Assembly: GCA_964016885.1 (NCBI GenBank)
Contig: OZ024760.1
Coordinates: 26,784,001 to 26,848,000 of the forward strand
Reading direction: 5' to 3'
DNA: 64,000 bases
Origin: Eledone cirrhosa
Lineage: Eukaryota
Under the pieces are notes generated by a model, which searched no databases, was not told where the DNA came from, and saw only the letters and a list, made by a program, of their open reading frames with translations. Each line of letters begins with the position of its first letter. Position 1 is the stretch's first letter. A program made the position numbers and the translations under genes. Positions 40,021 through 53,550 of this stretch are shown in pieces.

Positions 40021-40249
40021 ATACTGATTAATGTTCAGAGCCATCCTCAGCATTCTCGTGTAGCACCCAGCCACCATCTGAGAGCCCCTACATGGACACA
40101 CTGGAAGAAGAAGACCAAGGTTAACGTATGTTGATGCCCTAAGGACAGACACTGGTCTGTTGGAGACGCAGGACATGGCAGCGATAATGAGGGACAGAGA
40201 CCGCTGGAGAGAACTCGTCCATGGATCTCGGGAATTTTACCCGCCCTAG
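40021..40249 (+). mobile_element. 5'-truncated, 5'-inverted RTE-clade LINE fragment
   Basis: Minus 40025-40078: GCYTRMLRMALNI; plus ~40083-40249: PLHGHTGRRRPRLTYVDALRTDTG..MRDRDRWRELV..*; TSD ATATGAAGGCGT (40009-40020, 40250-40261). Confidence 0.85.
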
Positions 40250-40256
40250 ATATGAA

Positions 40257-40372
40257 GGCGTGTGGCTGATTGGTTAGAGAACTGGATTCGCAGTCGTGGG
40301 GTTGTGAGTTCGATTCTTGGACCAGGCGATGCGTTATGTCCTTGAGCAAGACACTTTATTTCACGTTGCTCC
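40257..40372 (+). mobile_element. SINE family B 5' part
   Basis: GGCGTGTGGCTGATTGGTTAG A-box, GAGTTCGATTC B-box, GTCCTTGAGCAAGACACTTTATTTCACGTTGCTCC body. Confidence 0.8.
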
Positions 40373-41254
40373 TTCTACCTGGAGTTGCGACCGATAGATA
40401 ATATTAGCAATTGGAAAGACCAACGGAAACATTGTTATCTCGGTCCGATTTGACGAAAGTCGATCGACAATTTATTATATATATATATATATTGGTACTA
40501 GAGGTACAAATTAATTGCGTCCATAGGCGGTATGCCAACATGAGCACTCCATGCTCGTGGGAAGCAGAGTTTCAATTATAATAATAATATGTTCGATCAA
40601 TAATAGATCGTTCCTCGAGCTGACCGACAGTGAAACATATGTAATATGTTATTAAATATGTTATGATGCAACACTGATTCTTTGTTCCTTTATATATTAT
40701 TATTTCATAAATAAAGGGGAAAGAAAGTTCGATGTGTCGCGCTTTAACCCTTCTTTAGAAGTACTAATAGAGACAGGAGCAACATAGTGCCGTGGAGAAG
40801 GGGAGAGGACACCATAGTGCCGTGGAGAAGGGGAGTGGGAGTGACACAGTGCTGTGGGGAGGTGCTGTGTAATGTTTTGATACGATAATGGTGGAAAGAT
40901 TGTGTGTACCACTGAGAGAGAGAGAATGGGGGAGAGAACGCCCTGGAAGAGGAAAGAGATAAAGAGAGGGAGATGTTATAATTGTATAGGGTATAATGGA
41001 AAGTGGGGTGGGGTGTAGGAGTGGAGGTAGAGCAGATAAGATGAGGAAGGGTAGGTGGTAGGTAGCTAGAAAGTATATAGCCGACAGACAGACAGACAGA
41101 CAGACGGGAGAGGGAGAAAGTTTGGTCGAGGGGGAAATAGAAAGAGATAAAGAAAATGATAGAAATAAATATATATATATATTTCTCCATCTCTCTCTCT
41201 CCATCTTTCTCTCTCTCTCTCTCTCCCTCTCTCTCTCTCTATATATATATATAT

Positions 41255-41306
<52 letters not shown>

Positions 41307-41599
41307 AGTAGATAGAAAGAAAAAAAAGAGAAAAAAAAACGAAACGAAACAAGAGAATAAAGAGAAAATAGGAAAAAATAATTCCAAAGATAACAAAAAA
41401 AAATGGAGGCATGATTATATTTCGTAGTGTTTGCTATCACAAATATTGACAAAATGTGAGTGCGGCCATTTTATTTTTATTTTATTTATTTGTTATTTGT
41501 TAGCCGGTCGTCTGCTGGGTTAGAAAAGCCGTCCAAATAGAGTCCATTGTGAAGTTAGAGTAGAGAATCACGTTTGTCGTCTGGTAAATGTAGAAGAAG

Positions 41600-41662
41600 C
41601 TAATTTTGTACTGGAAAGTAGTCGGCTGGGTACACGTACAGCCTATTATTCCAATCACGATT
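41600..41662 (-). CDS. Candidate terminal coding exon (NRDWNNRLYVYPADYFPVQN*; an alternative frame is open to 41500)
   Basis: TTTTCTTCTTCTAAATAG acceptor, complex sequence, then A/U-rich 3'UTR-like sequence with AATAAA motifs. Confidence 0.4.
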   Translation of the reverse strand, partial: NRDWNNRLYVYPADYFPVQN

Positions 41663-42002
41663 CTATTTAGAAGAAGAAAATATCGTTGAATTATAGATCG
41701 TTTTCTTAGACATAACAAAAACAACAACAATAAGAAAAACAAACAAAAATGAAAGAAAGAAAAAGACAAACAATAAAAATAAACGAGAAAGAAAATGGCT
41801 GCCGAAAAGGTGAAAGGAAGGGAGGGAGGAATAAGTTTGTAGTTTTTTTTATTTGCGTTTTTGTTTTGTTTGTTTTTGTTTGCTTGTTTTGTTTTTGTTT
41901 TTTTTTGTTTGTTTTTCTTTTTCTTTCTTTCTTCTCAGTCGTTTTAGTTATTGACCGAACTGGCTGGATAGCTGGATTACTGGGCAGCTGGTCATAGGTT
42001 AG

Positions 42003-43025
42003 TTGGCTGGTTGGATGGTCATGGGTTGGTTGGCTGGATGGTGGGACAGCTGGATGGATGGTCATGGGTTGGTTGGCTGGATGGATGGTCATGGGTTGGT
42101 TGGCTGGATGGTGGGGCAGCTGGATGGATGGTCATGGGTTGGTTGGCTGGATGGTGGGACAGCTGGATGGATGGTCATGGGTTGGTTGGTTGGCTGGATG
42201 GTGGGACAGCTAGATGGATGGTCGTGGGTTGGTTGGCTGGATGGTGGGACAGCTGGATGGATGGTTATGGGTTGGTTGGATGGATGGTAGGACAGCTGGA
42301 TGGATGGTCATGGGTTGGTTGGCTGGATGGTGGGACAGCTGGATGGATGGTCATGGGTTGGTTGGCTGGATGGTCATGGGTTGGTTGGCTGGATGGTGGG
42401 ACAGCTGGTTGGATGGTCATGGGTTGGTTGGATGGATGGTGGGACAGCTGGATGGATGGTCATGGGCTGGTTGGCTGGATGGTCATGGGTTGGTTGGCTG
42501 GATGGTGGGACAGCTGGTTGGATGGTCATGGGTTGGTTGGCTGGATGGTGGGACAGCTGGATGGATGGTCATGGGTTGGTTGGCTGGATGATGGGACAGC
42601 TGGATGGATGGTCATGGGTTGGTTGGCTGGATGGTGGGACAGCTGGATGGATGGTCATGGGTTGGTTGGCTGGATGGTGGGACAGCTGGATGGATGGTCA
42701 TGGGTTGGTTGGCTGGATGGTGGGACAGCTGGATGGATGGTCATGGGTTGGTTGGCTGGCTGGATGGTGGGACAGCTAGATGGATGGTCATGGGTTGGTT
42801 GGCTGAATGGTGGGACAGCTGGATGGATGGTCATGGGTTGGTTGGCTGGCTGGATGGTGGGACAGCTAGATGGATGGTCATGGGTTGGTTGGCTGGATGG
42901 TGGGACAGCTGGATGGATGGTCATGGGTTGGTTGGCTGGATGGTGGGACAGCTGGATGGATGGTCATGGGTTGGTTGGCTGGATGGTGGGACAGCAGGCT
43001 GGATGGTCATGGGTTGATTGGCTGG
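42003..43025. repeat. ~43-bp minisatellite GGATGGTCATGGGTTGGTTGGCTGGATGGTGGGACAGCTGGAT
   Basis: Tandem units with deletion variants. Confidence 0.95.
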
Positions 43026-43359
43026 ATGGCTGGATTGAGGGACAGCTGGTCAACTAGCTGGTCATAGGTTGGTTGGCTGGATGGCTGGAGGGAGGGACAG
43101 CTGGCTGGATGGCTGGTCAACTAGTTGGCTGGATGGTCATGGGTTGGTTGGCTGGATAAAACGGCAGCTGTTTGGCTGGAGTGAGGGCAGCTGGTTTGCT
43201 GGATAACTGGATAGAGGTGCAGCTGGTCATGGGCTGGTTGGTCGAATGGCTGGTCAGCTGGATGGCTGACTTGATGGAGAGTCGACTGGTTGGCTGGAAG
43301 GATGGAAGACTGGCTAGTTGACTTGATGGTCAGCTGGCTGGATAGTTGACTAGTTGATT

Positions 43360-43973
43360 GGGTAGCCGACAGGATGGTCAGCTAGATGGTTAACTGGGTA
43401 GCCGACAGGATGGTCAGCTAGATGGTTGACTGGGTAGCCAACAAGATGGTCAGCTAGATGGTGGGCTGGGTAGCCAACAAGATGGTCAGCTAGATGGTGG
43501 GCTGGGTAGCCAACAAGATGGTCAGCTAGATGGTGGGCTGGGTAGCCAACAAGATGGTCAGCTAGATGGTGGGCTGGGTAGCCAACAAGATGGTCAGCTA
43601 GATGGTGGGCTGGGTAGCCGACAGGATGGTCAGCTAGATGGTTGACTGGGTAGCCGACAGGATGGTCAGCTAGATGGTTGACTGGGTAGCCGACAGGATG
43701 GTCAGCTAGATGGTTGACTGGGTAGCCGACAGGGTGGTCAGCTAGATGGTGGGCTGGGTAGCCGACAGGGTGGTCAGCTAGATGGTGGGCTGGGTAGCCG
43801 ACAAGATGGTCAGCTAGATGGTTGACTGGGTAGCCGACAAGATGGTCAGCTAGATGGTTGACTGGGTAGCCGACAGGATGGTCAGCTAGATGGTGGGCTG
43901 GGTAGCCGACAAGATGGTCAGCTAGATGGTGGGCTGGGTAGCCGACAAGATGGTCAGCTAGATGGTGGGCTGG
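43360..43973. repeat. 36-bp minisatellite GGTAGCCGACAGGATGGTCAGCTAGATGGTTGACTG
   Basis: ~17 tandem units. Confidence 0.95.
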
Positions 43974-44077
43974 CTGGCTGATTAGTTATTTGATCCAGTG
44001 TTGTCTACTCAATGATACATCAGTGTGGTGGAAGAACTCTCACTTATTCGGTTGGTAGTAAATTATATTTACCGCCA

Positions 44078-44472
44078 GGGCAGTGGATTGGCAGAATCGA
44101 TAGAGCGTCAGACACCATGCTCAGTTCAAATCCTGCCGAGGTTAGCTTTGCCTTTCATCTTTATGGGGTCGTAAAAATGAAGTACCAGTAATGCACTGGG
44201 ATAATTGCTGGCCTTGTGCCAAAAGTAGAAACAATTATATTTACCACCAGCCAAATAATGGTATGTAATTGAAATAGACCTAGAATCTTCACCATAATAT
44301 TTTGACTAAATAATTGTTTCTACTTTTGGCACAATGCCAGCAATTACCCCAGTGTATTACTGGTACTTTGTCTTTCATCCTTACGGGGTCGATAAAATAA
44401 AGTTAACCTCGACGTAACTATGCTAGAAAGCATGGCGTCCAACCCTCTACCGATACTGCCAATTCACCGCCC
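44078..44472. mobile_element. Convergent SINE family A pair; the minus copy has an internal micro-inversion
   Basis: Plus 44078-44238; minus 44311-44472 with CTTTCATCC..ATAAAG (~44372-44402) in plus orientation. Confidence 0.8.
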
Positions 44473-44482
44473 TAGTCTAAAC

Positions 44483-44774
44483 CAGTCATGGGCAACCTGC
44501 GGACCGCGAAGCTTTCAGAATGGCTCGCCCAAGTCACCTAAATGAAATCTTTCTGATTTTTTATCCCAAAATTTTCAGTCGTAATTTATCTTTCTATCGT
44601 TTTTACAATCGAGGAAAACAACGTGTACGAATTCTGAAGAAACAAATTAAAATAAACTGAATTATCACCCTTTTTTTTTAATGTCGGCACGAATGTAAAT
44701 TAGCGCTTGCGGCCCGCCTGAAGATGAGCCATATCTCATGGGGGCCGCTTCTCGAAAAAGGTTACCTATGCCTG
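44483..44774. mobile_element. hAT (Charlie-type) MITE
   Basis: CAGTCATGGGCAACCTGCGG ... AGGTTACCTATGCCTG; imperfect 8-bp TSD GTCTAAAC/GTTTAATT. Confidence 0.75.
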
Positions 44775-44806
44775 GTTTAATTGAGAAAACAGTAAGCTTG
44801 CACACA

Positions 44807-47800
44807 CATGTACACTAGGTCCGACCACAGAGGAGCCAAACTCCCACTGTCATCGCCTCCATCTCTCTCGCCCTCCCCCATCTCTCTCATGTACACCAGG
44901 TCCGAACACAGAGGAGCCAAACTCCCACTGTCATCGCCTCCATCTCTCTCATGTACACCAGGTCCGAACACAGAGGAGCCAAACTCCCACTGTCGTCGCC
45001 TCCATCTCTCTCGCCCTCCCCAGCTCTCTCACGTACACCAGGTCCGAACACAGAGGAGCCAAACTCCCACTGTCATCGCCTCCATCTCTCTCGCCCTCCC
45101 CATCTCTCTCATGTACACCAGGTCCCAACACAGAGGAGCCAAACTCCCACTGTCATCACCTCCATCTCTCTCGCCCTCCCCATACTCTCATGTACACCAG
45201 GTCCCAACACAGAGGAGCCAAACCCCCACTGTCATCGTCTCCATCTCTCTCACCCTCCCCATCTCTCTCATGTACACCAGGTCCCAACACAGAGGAGCCA
45301 AACTCCCACTGTCATCGCCTCCATCTCTCTCGCCCTCCCCATCTCTCTCATGTACACCAGGTCCGAACACAGAAGAGCCAAACTCCCACTGTCATCGCCT
45401 CCATCTCTCTCGCCCTCCCCATCTCTCTCATGTACACCAGGTCCGAACACAGAAGAGCCAAACTCCCACTGTCATCACCTCCATCTCTCTCGCCCTCCCC
45501 ATCTCTCTCATGTACACCAGGTCCGAACACAGAAGAGCCAAACTCCCACTGTCATCACCTCCATCTCTCTCGCCCTCCCCATCTCTCTCATGTACACCAG
45601 GTCCCAACACAGAGGAGCCAAACCCCCACTGTCATCGCCTCCATCTCTCTCGCCCTCCCCAGCTCTCTCACGTACACCAGGTCCCAACACAGAGGGGCCA
45701 AACTCCCACTGTCATCGCCTCCATCTCTCTCGCCCTCCCCACCTCTCTCATATAAACCAGGTCCCAACACAGAGGGGCCAAACTCCCACTGTCATCGCCT
45801 CCATCTCTCTCGCCCTCCCAACCTCTCTCATATACACCAGGTCCCAACACAGAGGAGCCAAACCCCCACTGTCATCGCCTCCATCTCTCTCGCCCTCCCC
45901 AGCTCTCTCATGTACACCAGGTCCCAACACAGAGGGGCCAAACTCCCACTGTCATCGCCTCCATCTCTCTCGCCCTCCCCACCTCTCTCATATACACCAG
46001 GTCCCAACACAGAGGGGCCAAACTCCCACTGTCATCGCCTCCATCTCTCTCGCCCTCCCAACCTCTCTCATATACACCAGGTCCCAACACAGAGGAGCCA
46101 AACCCCCACTGTCATCGCCTCCATCTCTCTCGCCCTCCCCAGCTCTCTCATGTACACCAGGTCCCAACACAGAGGGGCCAAACTCCCACTGTCATCGCCT
46201 CCATCTCTCTCGCCCTCCCCATCTCTCTCATGTACACCAGGTCCCAACACAGAGGAGCCAAACTCCCACTGTCATCGCCTCCATCTCTCTCGCCCTCCCC
46301 ATCTCTCTCATGTACACCAGGTCCCAACACAGAGGGGCCAAACTCCCACTGTCATCGCCTCCATCTCTCTCGCCCTCCCCAACCTCTCTCATGTACACCA
46401 GGTCCCAACACAGAGGGGCCAAACTCCCACTGTCATCGCCTCCATCTCTCTCGCCCTCCCCATCTCTCTCATGTACAACAGGTCCCAACACAGAGGAGCC
46501 AAACTCCCACTGTCATCGCCTCCATCTCTCTCGCCCTCCCAACCTCTCTCATATACACCAGGTCCCAACACAGAGGAGCCAAACTCCCACTGTCATCGCC
46601 TCCATCCCTCTCGCCCTCCCCATCTCTCTCATGTACACCAGGTCCCAACACAGAGGGGCCAAACTCCCACTGTCATCGCCTCCATCTCTCTCGCCCTCCC
46701 AACCTCTCTCATATACACCAGGTCCCAACACAGAGGAGCCAAACTCCCACTGTCATCGCCTCCATCTCTCTCGCCCTCCCAACCTCTCTCATATACACCA
46801 GGTCCCAACACAGAGGAGCCAAACTCCCACTGTCATCGCCTCCATCCCTCTCGCCCTCCCCAGCTCTCTCATGTACACCAGGTCCCAACACAGAGGAGCC
46901 AAACTCCCACTGTCATCGCCTCCATCTCTCTCGCCCTCCCCAGCTCTCTCACGTACACCAGGTCCCAACACAGAGGAGCCAAACTCCCACTGTCATCGCC
47001 TCCATCTCTCTCGCCCTCCCCATCTCTCTCATGTACACCAGGTCCCAACACAGAGGAGCCAAACTCCCACTGTCATTGCCTCCATCTCTCTCATGTACAC
47101 CAGGTCCGAACACAGAGGAGCCAAACTCCCACTGTCATCGCCTCCATCTCTCTCGCCCTCCCCATCTCTCTCATGTACACCAGGTCCCAACACAGAGGAG
47201 CCAAACTCCCACTGTCATCACCTCCATCTCTCTCGCCCTCCCCATACTCTCATGTACACCAGGTCCCAACACAGAGGAGCCAAACCCCCACTGTCATCGT
47301 CTCCATCTCTCTCACCCTCCCCATCTCTCTCATGTACACCAGGTCCCAACACAGAGGAGCCAAACTCCCACTGTCATCGCCTCCATCTCTCTTGCCCTCC
47401 CCATCTCTCTCATGTACACCAGGTCCGAACACAGAAGAGCCAAACTCCCACTGTCATCGCCTCCATCTCTCTCGCCCTCCCCATCTCTCTCATGTACACC
47501 AGGTCCGAACACAGAAGAGCCAAACTCCCACTGTCATCGCCTCCATCTCTCTCGCCCTCCCCATCTCTCTCATGTACACCAGGTCCGAACACAGAAGAGC
47601 CAAACTCCCACTGTCATCACCTCCATCTCTCTCGCCCTCCCCATCTCTCTCATGTACACCAGGTCCCAACACAGAGGAGCCAAACCCCCACTGTCATCGC
47701 CTCCATCTTTCTCGCCCTCCCCAGTTCTCTCACGTACACCAGGTCCCAACACAGAGGGGCCAAACTCCCACTGTCATCGCCTCCATCTCTCTCGCCCTCC

Positions 47801-49731
47801 CCACCTCTCTCATATACACCAGGTCCCAACACAGAGGGGCCAAACTCCCACTGTCATCGCCTCCATCTCTCTCGCCCTCCCAACCTCTCTCATATACACC
47901 AGGTCGCAACACAGAGGAGCTAAACCCCCACTGTCATCGCCTCCATCTCTCTCGCCCTCCCCAGCTCTCTCACGTACACCAGGTCCCAACACAGAGGGGC
48001 CAAACTCCCACTGTCATCGCCTCCATCTCTCTCGCCCTCCCCACCTCTCTCATGTACACCAGGTCCCAACACAGAGGGGCCAAACTCCCACTGTCATCGC
48101 CTCCATCTCTCTCGCCCTCCCCACCTCTCTCATATACACCAGGTCCCAACACAGAGGGGCCAAACTCCCACTGTCATCGCCTCCATCTCTCTCGCCCTCC
48201 CAACCTCTCTCATATACACCAGGTCCCAACACAGAGGAGCCAAACCCCCACTGTCATCGCCTCCATCTCTCTCGCCCTCCCCAGCTCTCTCATGTACACC
48301 AGGTCCCAACACAGAGGGGCCAAACTCCCACTGTCATCGCCTCCATCTCTCTCGCCCTCCCCACCTCTCTCATATACACCAGGTCCCAACACAGAGGGGC
48401 CAAACTCCCACTGTCATCGCCTCCATCTCTCTCGCCCTCCCAACCTCTCTCATATACACCAGGTCCCAACACAGAGGAGCCAAACCCCCACTGTCATCGC
48501 CTCCATCTCTCTCGCCCTCCCCAGCTCTCTCATGTACACCAGGTCCCAACACAGAGGGGCCAAACTCCCACTGTCATCGCCTCCATCTCTCTCGCCCTCC
48601 CCATCTCTCTCATGTACACCAGGTCCCAACACAGAGGAGCCAAACTCCCACTGTCATCGCCTCCATCTCTCTCGCCCTCCCCATCTCTCTCATGTACACC
48701 AGGTCCCAACACAGAGGGGCCAAACTCCCACTGTCATCGCCTCCATCTCTCTCGCCCTCCCCAACCTCTCTCATGTACACCAGGTCCCAACACAGAGGGG
48801 CCAAACTCCCACTGTCATCGCCTCCATCTCTCTCGCCCTCCCCATCTCTCTCATGTACACCAGGTCCCAACACAGAGGAGCCAAACTCCCACTGTCATCG
48901 CCTCCATCTCTCTCGCCCTCCCAACCTCTCTCATATACACCAGGTCCCAACACAGAGGAGCCAAACTCCCACTGTCATCGCCTCCATCCCTCTCGCCCTC
49001 CCCATCTCTCTCATGTACACCAGGTCCCAACACAGAGGGGCCAAACTCCCACTGTCATCGCCTCCATCTCTCTCGCCCTCCCAACCTCTCTCATATACAC
49101 CAGGTCCCAACACAGAGGAGCCAAACTCCCACTGTCATCGCCTCCATCTCTCTCGCCCTCCCAACCTCTCTCATATACACCAGGTCCCAACACAGAGGAG
49201 CCAAACTCCCACTGTCATCGCCTCCATCCCTCTCGCCCTCCCCAGCTCTCTCATGTACACCAGGTCCCAACACAGAGGAGCCAAACTCCCACTGTCATCG
49301 CCTCCATCTCTCTCGCCCTCCCCAGCTCTCTCACGTACACCAGGTCCCAACACAGAGGAGCCAAACTCCCACTGTCATCGCCTCCATCCCTCTCGCCCTC
49401 CCCATCTCTCTCATGTACACCAGGTCCCAACACAGAGGAGCCAAACTCCCACTGTCATCGCCTCCATCTCTCTCGCCCTCCCCAGCTCTCTCACGTACAC
49501 CAGGTCCCAACACAGAGGAGCCAAACTCCCACTGTCATCGCCTCCATCCCTCTCGCCCTCCCCATCTCTCTCATGTACACCAGGTCCCAACACAGAGGAG
49601 CCAAACTCCCACTGTCATCGCCTCCATCCCTCTCGCCCTCCCCAGCTCTCTCATGTACACCAGGTCCCAACACAGAGGAGCCAAACTCCCACTGTCATCG
49701 CCTCCATCTCTCTCGCCCTCCCAACCTCTCA
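44807..49731. repeat. 80-bp minisatellite, ~62 units, with higher-order block duplication
   Basis: ATGTACACCAGGTCCCAACACAGAGGAGCCAAACTCCCACTGTCATCGCCTCCATCTCTCTCGCCCTCCCCATCTCTCTC. Confidence 0.98.
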
Positions 49732-50559
49732 CTATAATAAGCAAATGGGGTCCCACGTGCTAGGCCCCGGCAGACAGTGTGAACTGCAGCTGTTGATGAA
49801 TATACGTTGATTCACTGCAATATGGATTGATTTGATGATTCGATAACAATGGTAGTAGTAGTAGTGGTGGTGGTGGTGGTACTGGTGGTAGTGGTGGTGG
49901 TGGTGGTGGTGGTACTGGTGGTACTGGTGGTAGTGGTGGTAGTGGTGGTGGTGGTGGTACTGGTGGTGGTTGTGGTGGTACTGGTGGTACTAGTGGTAGT
50001 AGTGGTGGTGGTAGTAGTAGTAGTACTGGTGGTAGTAGTGGTGGTATTAGTAGTAGTAGTACTGGTGGTAGTAGTGGTGGTGGTGGTAGTGGTAGTAGTG
50101 GTGGTAGTAGTAGTACTGGTGGTAGTAGCGGTGGTGGTAGTAGTAGTAGTAATGGTGGTAGTAGTGGTGGTATTAGTAGTAGTAGTACTGGTGGTAGTAG
50201 TAGTGGTGGTGGTGGTGGTAGTGGTAGTAGTACTGGTGGTAGTAGCGGTGGTGGTAGTAGTAGTAGTACTGGTGGTAGTAGTGGTGGTGTTAGTAGTAGT
50301 AGTACTGGTGGTAGTAGTAGTGGTGGTAGCAGTAGTCGTGGTGGTGGTAGTAGTGGTGGTAGCAGCAGTAGTAATAGCAGCAGCAGCAGTAGTAGTAGCA
50401 GTTGTTGTTGGGGGCGATGGAGGAGGGGGTGGCTGAACCGAATGAAGAATGTATTAAATCTTACTAAGTGAGTTTAGAGTGTTAGATTGTGATGACTGGG
50501 ATAGGGGGTGGGGGTGGGGGTGGGGGTGGTAGTATGGTGTGGTGGTGGTGGTGGTGGCG

Positions 50560-51040
50560 GTAGTAGTATGGTGTGGTGGTGGTAGAGGGTGATAGTGGTA
50601 GCGATATCGGTGATACGGTGTGGTGGTGTAGTGTGGTGGTGGTAAAGGTGGAGGTGTAGAGTGTGGTGGTGGTGGTGGTGGTGGTACGGTATGGTGTAGT
50701 GGGTGGTAGAGGGTGGTAGTGGTAGCGATATCGGTGATACGGTGTGGTGGTGTAGTGTGGTGGTGGTAAAGGTGGAGGTGTGGTGGTGGTGGTGGTGGTG
50801 GTGGTACGGTATGGTGTAGTGGGTGGTAGAGGGTGGTAGTGGTAGCGATATCGGTGATACGGTGTGGTGGTGTGGTGTGGTGGTGGTAAAGGTGGAGGTG
50901 TAGAGTGTGGTGGTGGTGGTGGTGGTGGTGGTACGGTATGGTGTAGTGGGTGGTAGAGGGTGGTAGTGGTAGCGATATCGGTGATACGGTGTGGTGGTGT
51001 AGTGTGGTGGTGGTAAAGGTGGAGGTGTAGAGTGTGGTGG
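50560..51040. repeat. ~120-bp GGT-rich tandem repeat, 4 units
   Basis: GGTAGCGATATCGGTGATACGG recurs at ~50597, 50721, 50841 and 50968. Confidence 0.9.
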
Positions 51041-51243
51041 CGGTGTAGTGTGGAGGTGTAAAGTGTGGTAATGGTGGTGGTGGAGGTGATATGTAAACAA
51101 TTGACATGACGGCCGGATTAAACAGACGCAATATATTTATTAGCGGAGTATTGAAACGGTTCACTCTATAAAATCTTGTTTAGACATATGTGTGTGTGTG
51201 TCTGTATATGTGTCTGTATATGTGTCTGTGTGTGTGTGTGTGT

Positions 51244-51280
<37 letters not shown>

Positions 51281-51480
51281 AATTTGAAAGAATGCCACGC
51301 GCAGCTATGATCTTATAAAAATAAATTCAAAAAACGTGGAAGACAATGTAAAAACAGGCGATAGACGGGACATACCGTAAAGGGCCGTAACTCTATGCAG
51401 CAAAGCATGGTGTCCGACGCTCTACCGATACTGCCGATCCCCCACTATTTTTTTTTAAGATAACGTCCTTTTAGATGTTT

Positions 51481-53000
51481 CCAGCTGTCGCCACTGAACA
51501 CTGTCCCTCTAGACCCACCAGATGTCACCACAGAACAATGTCCCTTTAGTCCCACCAGATGTCGCCACTGAACAATGTCCCTTTAGTCCCACCAGATGTC
51601 GCCACTGAACAATGTCCCTCTAGTCCCTCCAGATGTCTCCACTGAACAATGTCCCTCTGGTCCCTCCAGATGTCTCCACTGAACAATGTCCCTCTAGTCC
51701 CTCCAGATGTCTCCACTGAACAATGTCCCTCTGGTCCCTCCAGATGTCTCCACTGAAAAACGGAGCAATGTCCCTCTAGTCCCTCCAGATGTCAAAACGG
51801 AACAATGTCCCTCTAGTCCCTCTAGATGTCAAAACGGAACAATGTCCCTCTAGTCCCATCAGATGTCACCACTGAACAATGTCCCTCTAGTCCCTCCAGA
51901 TGTTGCCACTGAACAATGTCCCTCTAGTCCCTCTAGATGTCTCCACTGAACAATGTCCCTCTAGTCCCTCTAGATGTCGTTACAGAACAATGTCCCACCA
52001 GATGTTGCCACTGAACAATGTCCCTCTCGTCCCTCCAGATGTCTCCACTGAACAATGTCCCCCTAGTCCCTCCAGATGTCACCACAGAACAATGTCCCAC
52101 TAGTCCCACTAGATGTCAAAACGGAACAATGTGCCCCAGTCTCACCAGATGTCACCACTGAACAATGTCCCTTTAGTCCCACCAGATGCCGCCACTGAAC
52201 AATGCCCCTTTAGTCCCACCAGATGTCGCCACTGAACAATGTCCCTCTAGTCCCTCCAGATATCACCACTGAACAATGTCCCTTTAGTCCCTCCATATGT
52301 CACCACTGAACAATGTCCCTCTAGTCCCTCCAGATGTCTCCACTGAATAATGTCCCTCTGGTCCCTCCAGATGTCACCACAGAACAATGTCCCTTTAGTC
52401 CCTCCAGATGTCACCACTGAACAATGTCCCTTTAGTCCCTCCATATGTCACCACAGAACAATGTCTCTCTAGTCCCTCCAGATGTCACCACTGAACAATG
52501 TCCCTCTAGTCCCTCCAGATGTCACCACAGAACAATGTCCCTCTAGTGCCACCATATGTCACCACTGAACAATGTCCCTCTAGTCCCTCCAGATGTCACC
52601 ACAGAACAATGTCCCTCTAGTCCCTCCAGATGTCACCACAGAACAATGTCCCTCTAGTCCCTCCAGATGTCACCACAGAACAATGTCTCTCTAGTCCCTC
52701 CAGATGTCACCACTGAACAATGTCCCTCTAGTCCCACCAGATGTCACCACTGAATAATGTCCCTCTAGTCCCTCCAGATGTCACCACAGAACAATGTCCC
52801 TCTAGTGCCACCAGATGTCACCACTGAACAATGTCCCTCTAGTCCCTCCAGATGTCACCACAGAACAATGTCCCTCTAGTCCCTCCAGATGTCACCACAG
52901 AACAATGTCCCTCTAGTCCCTCCAGATGTCACCACTGAATAATGTCTTACCAGATGTCAAAACTTATCGATGTCCCTCTAGATGTCTCTACGAAACAATG
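51481..53000. repeat. 37-bp minisatellite CCAGATGTCACCACTGAACAATGTCCCTCTAGTCCCT
   Basis: ~40 tandem units. Confidence 0.97.
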
Positions 53001-53127
53001 TCAACAAGATGAAACTATATCTCTGTGTAGACTAGACACAGTTGTCTCCCCATGGCATACTCCATTACGAGTGACGGCCAATGTCTACCGTATCTACATT
53101 GTACAGCTCCGCACTGTTCCATTTGGA

Positions 53128-53170
<43 letters not shown>

Positions 53171-53173
<3 letters not shown>

Positions 53174-53550
53174 ATACTTTGGGAGGGTCATGTTGCCAAT
53201 AAGAAACACACGCACCAGTTGCTTTCACTTCAATTTATTATAAATTTCCGGTTGGTTGGTTGGTCCCACAACCGGATGGTTGTTCATATAGTGTCAAAGT
53301 TCTTTCGTCACACATTCTGTGACCTCTTCAGTGACTGGGGATTCTTTTCTTTGTTTTGTGCCTCTCCTTTGTTCTGTCCTACGCCATCTTGTTTGTGTGT
53401 GTGTAGTGTGCTTAGTTTGCGCATGTGTTACATCCGGGTGTCTGTGTGTGTTTTTGTTTATTTATTTTTGTATTTACATGTTACTAGTTAGTTGTTTGTT
53501 CTATGTGTGTGTGTTTTCATTTTGTCCTTAATTATAGGAAATTTCTTTAG
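53171..53550 (-). mobile_element. Inverted pseudo-LTR of a Penelope-like element
   Basis: Abuts the RT fragment in opposite orientation; contains a hammerhead and a CCGGTTG..CAACCGG hairpin; ends in (TA)n. Confidence 0.75.
53293..53335 (-). ncRNA. Type I hammerhead ribozyme motif in the PLE pseudo-LTR
   Basis: GTCA-CTGAAGA-g-GTCACA gaatg TGTGAC-GAAAG aa CTT-TGAC. Confidence 0.75.

Noticed and set aside
44808-49810. ORFs up to 1515 aa
   Set aside because: Products of the 80-bp array cycling through all three frames.
49849-50432. Minus-strand Pro/Thr-rich exon after a TTCAG acceptor
   Set aside because: Entirely triplet repeat; indistinguishable from the other GGT/AGT tracts.
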